Shown here in pieces: positions 60,989 through 64,000 of a stretch of 64,000 bases of DNA. Numbering within the stretch: position 1 is the first letter of the stretch; every line of letters begins with the position of its first letter. The position numbers and the translations under genes were made by a program. The notes beneath the pieces were generated by a model that ran no database searches, was not told the origin of the DNA, and saw nothing but the letters and a program-made list of their open reading frames with translations. The stretch is from an uncultured Planctomycetaceae bacterium. Lineage in GTDB: Bacteria; Planctomycetota; Planctomycetia; Isosphaerales; Isosphaeraceae. The stretch lies in assembly GCA_963833985.1 (NCBI GenBank), contig CAWIAD010000002.1:832001-896000 (forward strand), written 5' to 3'.

Positions 60989-62716
60989 ATGCAGCACTCC
61001 GGCGACGTACAGGCCTGCTGGCGACCAATCGCGCTCTTGCTGGTCGTCTGCGCTCTTACCTTTGGACCTGGTCTGGTCAGTGGTGCGCGGCTGACGTACC
61101 ACGAGGCCTTCGTGGCTCAAGGCGCACAGGAGATCCTCGAGTCAGGGAACTGGTGGTGCCCGCAGATCGGTGGGCTCCCCTGGCTGGAGAAGCCTCCCTT
61201 GCCATTCTGGCTGGCTGCCGGCGCGGGGTGGTGGACCGGTGGCGTCAGTGCAGAAGCCGCGCGGCTACCGTCCGTACTTGCAGGCACACTGCTGGTTCTG
61301 GGAGTCGTGCTACTCGCCCAGCCACGCTATGGCCATCGGCTCGCGCTCCTGGCCGGCGCCGTACAGGCCACGACGGCATGGACTGCGCTGCGTGCACAGC
61401 TTGCGGAAGCCGACATCCTGCTGGCCTGTCTCATGACCTGGACGCTACTGGCCTTCGACCGCCTGCGCATTGCGGTAGCCATCCCGGCTGTAGCAGCCAT
61501 CCCGGCTGCGGTAGCCATCCCGGTCAGTCCGGGCAGTGGACCGGGCCGGTCAATCGCTTCCTGGCATGTCTGGCGCTGGCTCTTCTTCGGACTGTTGAGC
61601 GTTTCCACACTGGTCAAGGGAACTGGCTTCGGTGCCGCTCTGGTGCTATGCACCGCCGGGCCGGTGTTACTCTGGGATCGGGATCGCGTCACATCCAACC
61701 GGCTGGCATTCCCAGCCGGCTGGCTGCTGTTCACAGCCAGTACGGTGAGCTGGCCGGCAGCCATGGTTGCCCGCTACGGCATGAACGTGGTTGGCCTGTG
61801 GGCGATGCATGTGACAGAACGGCTTGGCAGCTCGGCCGTGCACGGGCCCTTCGCCGGTCAAGGATGGGTCGCGTATGGGTCGGCTCTCTTCGGGCAAGCA
61901 CTTCCCTGGGCCCCTGTAGGGCTGGTCGGGGCCGGGCTCTCGTTGCGCCGGGTGTGCCTGGGTTCATACATGGGCATGATGGACAGAGCCGCTAGCCCCG
62001 CAGTAAAGCATCAGCTTGCAGGCGACCGGTTACTCTGGTGCTGGGCCGTTAGCCCACTCATCCTGGTGTCGCTGGCCCGCGCTCGAAATGCCCACTATGC
62101 CATCTACGCCCTGATGCCGTGGTCCATATGGGCGGCATCCGGGCTGCACTGGCTTGTCCGTCGTCGGCTGGGCCGCGCCTGGTCCCAAAGGCGAGAGATG
62201 CGCCTGAGCTGGGGGATCTGCCTGGGTCTGGCGGGCATCTATGGCCTGTGCTTCTGGATCGTCGTTCCCTGGTTTGACCATCGCGGGGTCGAGTGGGCCT
62301 TCTACGACAAGGCTGGTCACGATGTGCCACGTGATGAACGCATTGTCCTGCTCTATGACGACTGGGACCGTGATGCCTACCCGACACCATTTGGCCCAGT
62401 TCCTCACGACCTAGCAGTCCGACTCTTTTACCTGAACCACCCGGTCCACTGGTATTCCAGTGCACAAGCATTGATTGACGGTGAACAGAAAGCCAAAGAG
62501 ACGGATCCCAACCCTGACGGTCCCATGTCGGTCACCCTGATTGGCCGCCATCGTGACTTGCCCAGCCTGGAACAATTCGGGCAGATTGAGATCCTGGCGC
62601 ACGGTCCATCAATCCGCTGGGACCGCACGTACATCATGGCCCGGCTTCATCTGGGTGAGCCGCCGCGGGGAGGCCTTATCCATACCGCGCTTCCCGAAGC
62701 ACCATTGCGGCGGTAA
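60989..62716 (+). CDS. ArnT/GT39-like lipid-linked glycosyltransferase
   Basis: HEA...A.E...G.W..P, EKPPL.FW, ARLPS, E.D.LL, LVKG motifs. Multi-TM. Confidence 0.85.
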   Translation: MQHSGDVQACWRPIALLLVVCALTFGPGLVSGARLTYHEAFVAQGAQEILESGNWWCPQIGGLPWLEKPPLPFWLAAGAGWWTGGVSAEAARLPSVLAGTLLVLGVVLLAQPRYGHRLALLAGAVQATTAWTALRAQLAEADILLACLMTWTLLAFDRLRIAVAIPAVAAIPAAVAIPVSPGSGPGRSIASWHVWRWLFFGLLSVSTLVKGTGFGAALVLCTAGPVLLWDRDRVTSNRLAFPAGWLLFTASTVSWPAAMVARYGMNVVGLWAMHVTERLGSSAVHGPFAGQGWVAYGSALFGQALPWAPVGLVGAGLSLRRVCLGSYMGMMDRAASPAVKHQLAGDRLLWCWAVSPLILVSLARARNAHYAIYALMPWSIWAASGLHWLVRRRLGRAWSQRREMRLSWGICLGLAGIYGLCFWIVVPWFDHRGVEWAFYDKAGHDVPRDERIVLLYDDWDRDAYPTPFGPVPHDLAVRLFYLNHPVHWYSSAQALIDGEQKAKETDPNPDGPMSVTLIGRHRDLPSLEQFGQIEILAHGPSIRWDRTYIMARLHLGEPPRGGLIHTALPEAPLRR

Positions 62717-62810
62717 GCCAGGCCAGGCTGACCGTCCGTCTGGCGGTCGGACTTGATGCCACGTCGCGATGGAGCTTCATCCTGTCCGCGGCCATAAGGG
62801 TTTGCTCACG

Positions 62811-64000
62811 ATGGTCAGCACGTTCGACATCTTCAAGATTGGCATTGGCCCATCGAGCTCGCACACGATGGGACCCTGGTGCGCGGCGGAGCAGTTCGTC
62901 GCTCGCTGCCGCTCGATCCATCCACTAAATGAGATCATGCGCGTCCAGGTTGATCTTTATGGCTCGCTGGCGAAGACGGGCAAGGGTCACGGGACAGACG
63001 TTGCGCTCATGCTTGGACTTTCCGGCCTGGATCCCGTGACCTGCGACCCGGCCGACTTGCACCCGCTGGCTCGCCACATCCAGGACCATCGCCAAATCTT
63101 GCTGGGTGCGGCACAGCCCATCGGCTTCGATCCAGCCCGGGACCTCGTGTTTCATCGGGATATCTCACTGCCGTACCACCCCAATGGACTCACATTCACG
63201 GCCTGGCTGCACAATGACGTGGCATGCGTGGAGACATATTACTCCGTGGGCGGAGGATTCATCGTCCAGGAGCCTATTCCTGGTGAAACGGACAGCTCCG
63301 AGCCGCAACCCGTTCCCTTTCTCATCAACACGGCCACAGACCTGCTTGTGCATTGCCGTACCCATGGGCTGACAATTCCGGAGGTGGTGTGGCAAAACGA
63401 ACATGCCAGCCGCAGTCCCGCGCAGATCCGGACAGAGCTCCAGCAACTGTGGGCTGAAATGTCCATGTGCGCTTTTCGCGGTGCGCGCACCAAGGGGACG
63501 CTGCCTGGAGGTCTGGGAGTGACGCGGCGGGCGGCCATGCTGTATCAGACGCTCCTGGCAGGCATGAAAACGCCATGGGCCATCGATTCACCACAAGCCT
63601 GGATTGCCGCGGTTCGCAGCCAGCCGGCCAGCTTTCCGGAGGTCCTGAAATGGGTTAGCTGTTTCGCGCTGGCGGTCAATGAGGAGAACGCCTCGTTCGG
63701 ACGGGTCGTCACGGCACCAACGAACGGGGCGGCCGGGGTGGTCCCGGCCGTGCTCCTGTACCGGCTCTGCTTTCATGAGGATGACGGGCAGGCCGTGGAG
63801 GCGTTTCTGCTGACTGCGGGTGTTGTTGGCAGCCTGTTCAAGCAGGGAGCGACGCTCTCAGCGGCCATGGGCGGCTGCCAGGCCGAGATCGGAGTCTCCA
63901 GCGCCATGGCAGCCGCGGGCCTGGCCCAGACGCTGGGCGGTTCGCCCGAGCAGGTCCTGATGGCTGCCGAGATTGCCATGGAGCATCACCTGGGACTTAC
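62811..64000 (+). CDS. sdaA: L-serine ammonia-lyase (Fe-S, single chain), truncated by window end
   Basis: [89 protein letters not shown]. Confidence 0.95.
   Translation, partial: MVSTFDIFKIGIGPSSSHTMGPWCAAEQFVARCRSIHPLNEIMRVQVDLYGSLAKTGKGHGTDVALMLGLSGLDPVTCDPADLHPLARHIQDHRQILLGAAQPIGFDPARDLVFHRDISLPYHPNGLTFTAWLHNDVACVETYYSVGGGFIVQEPIPGETDSSEPQPVPFLINTATDLLVHCRTHGLTIPEVVWQNEHASRSPAQIRTELQQLWAEMSMCAFRGARTKGTLPGGLGVTRRAAMLYQTLLAGMKTPWAIDSPQAWIAAVRSQPASFPEVLKWVSCFALAVNEENASFGRVVTAPTNGAAGVVPAVLLYRLCFHEDDGQAVEAFLLTAGVVGSLFKQGATLSAAMGGCQAEIGVSSAMAAAGLAQTLGGSPEQVLMAAEIAMEHHLGL

Overview
This is a GC-rich bacterial chromosomal segment, very likely from a planctomycete (Isosphaeraceae-like). The evidence is LEPRxLL-type exported proteins, an ECF sigma factor with a long C-terminal extension, a kinase-TPR protein and an HDN-ending Hint protein. 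Left to right it contains: (1) an exported helical-repeat + Hint protein bracketed by a duplicated piece of the selB 3' end, then selB; (2) an ECF sigma-TM-trypsin-like fusion, a YncE-like propeller, a Tat-signal RspA/ManD dehydratase with an LctP permease, and a Ser/Thr kinase; (3) a ~20 kb exosortase-linked polysaccharide operon (WecA, Wzc, O-antigen-ligase-like, FHA/TPR protein, exosortase, EpsI, gmd, four glycosyltransferases, two acyltransferases, Wzy-like); (4) a Thr-Pro-linker repeat protein, TolC and carB; (5) a complete ISKra4-like element with IRs and a 9-bp target duplication; (6) EmrAB, HdeD, a VNTR-LRR protein and a SWIM-SNF2 helicase; (7) gyrB-DUF721-dnaN, followed by a DnaA-box-rich candidate oriC with no adjacent dnaA; (8) an ArnT-like GT and a truncated sdaA. 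Several genes, including carB, are split by indels that mostly fall at GCGC motifs, which suggests systematic sequencing error. All family calls come from motif recognition only; no database search was run.
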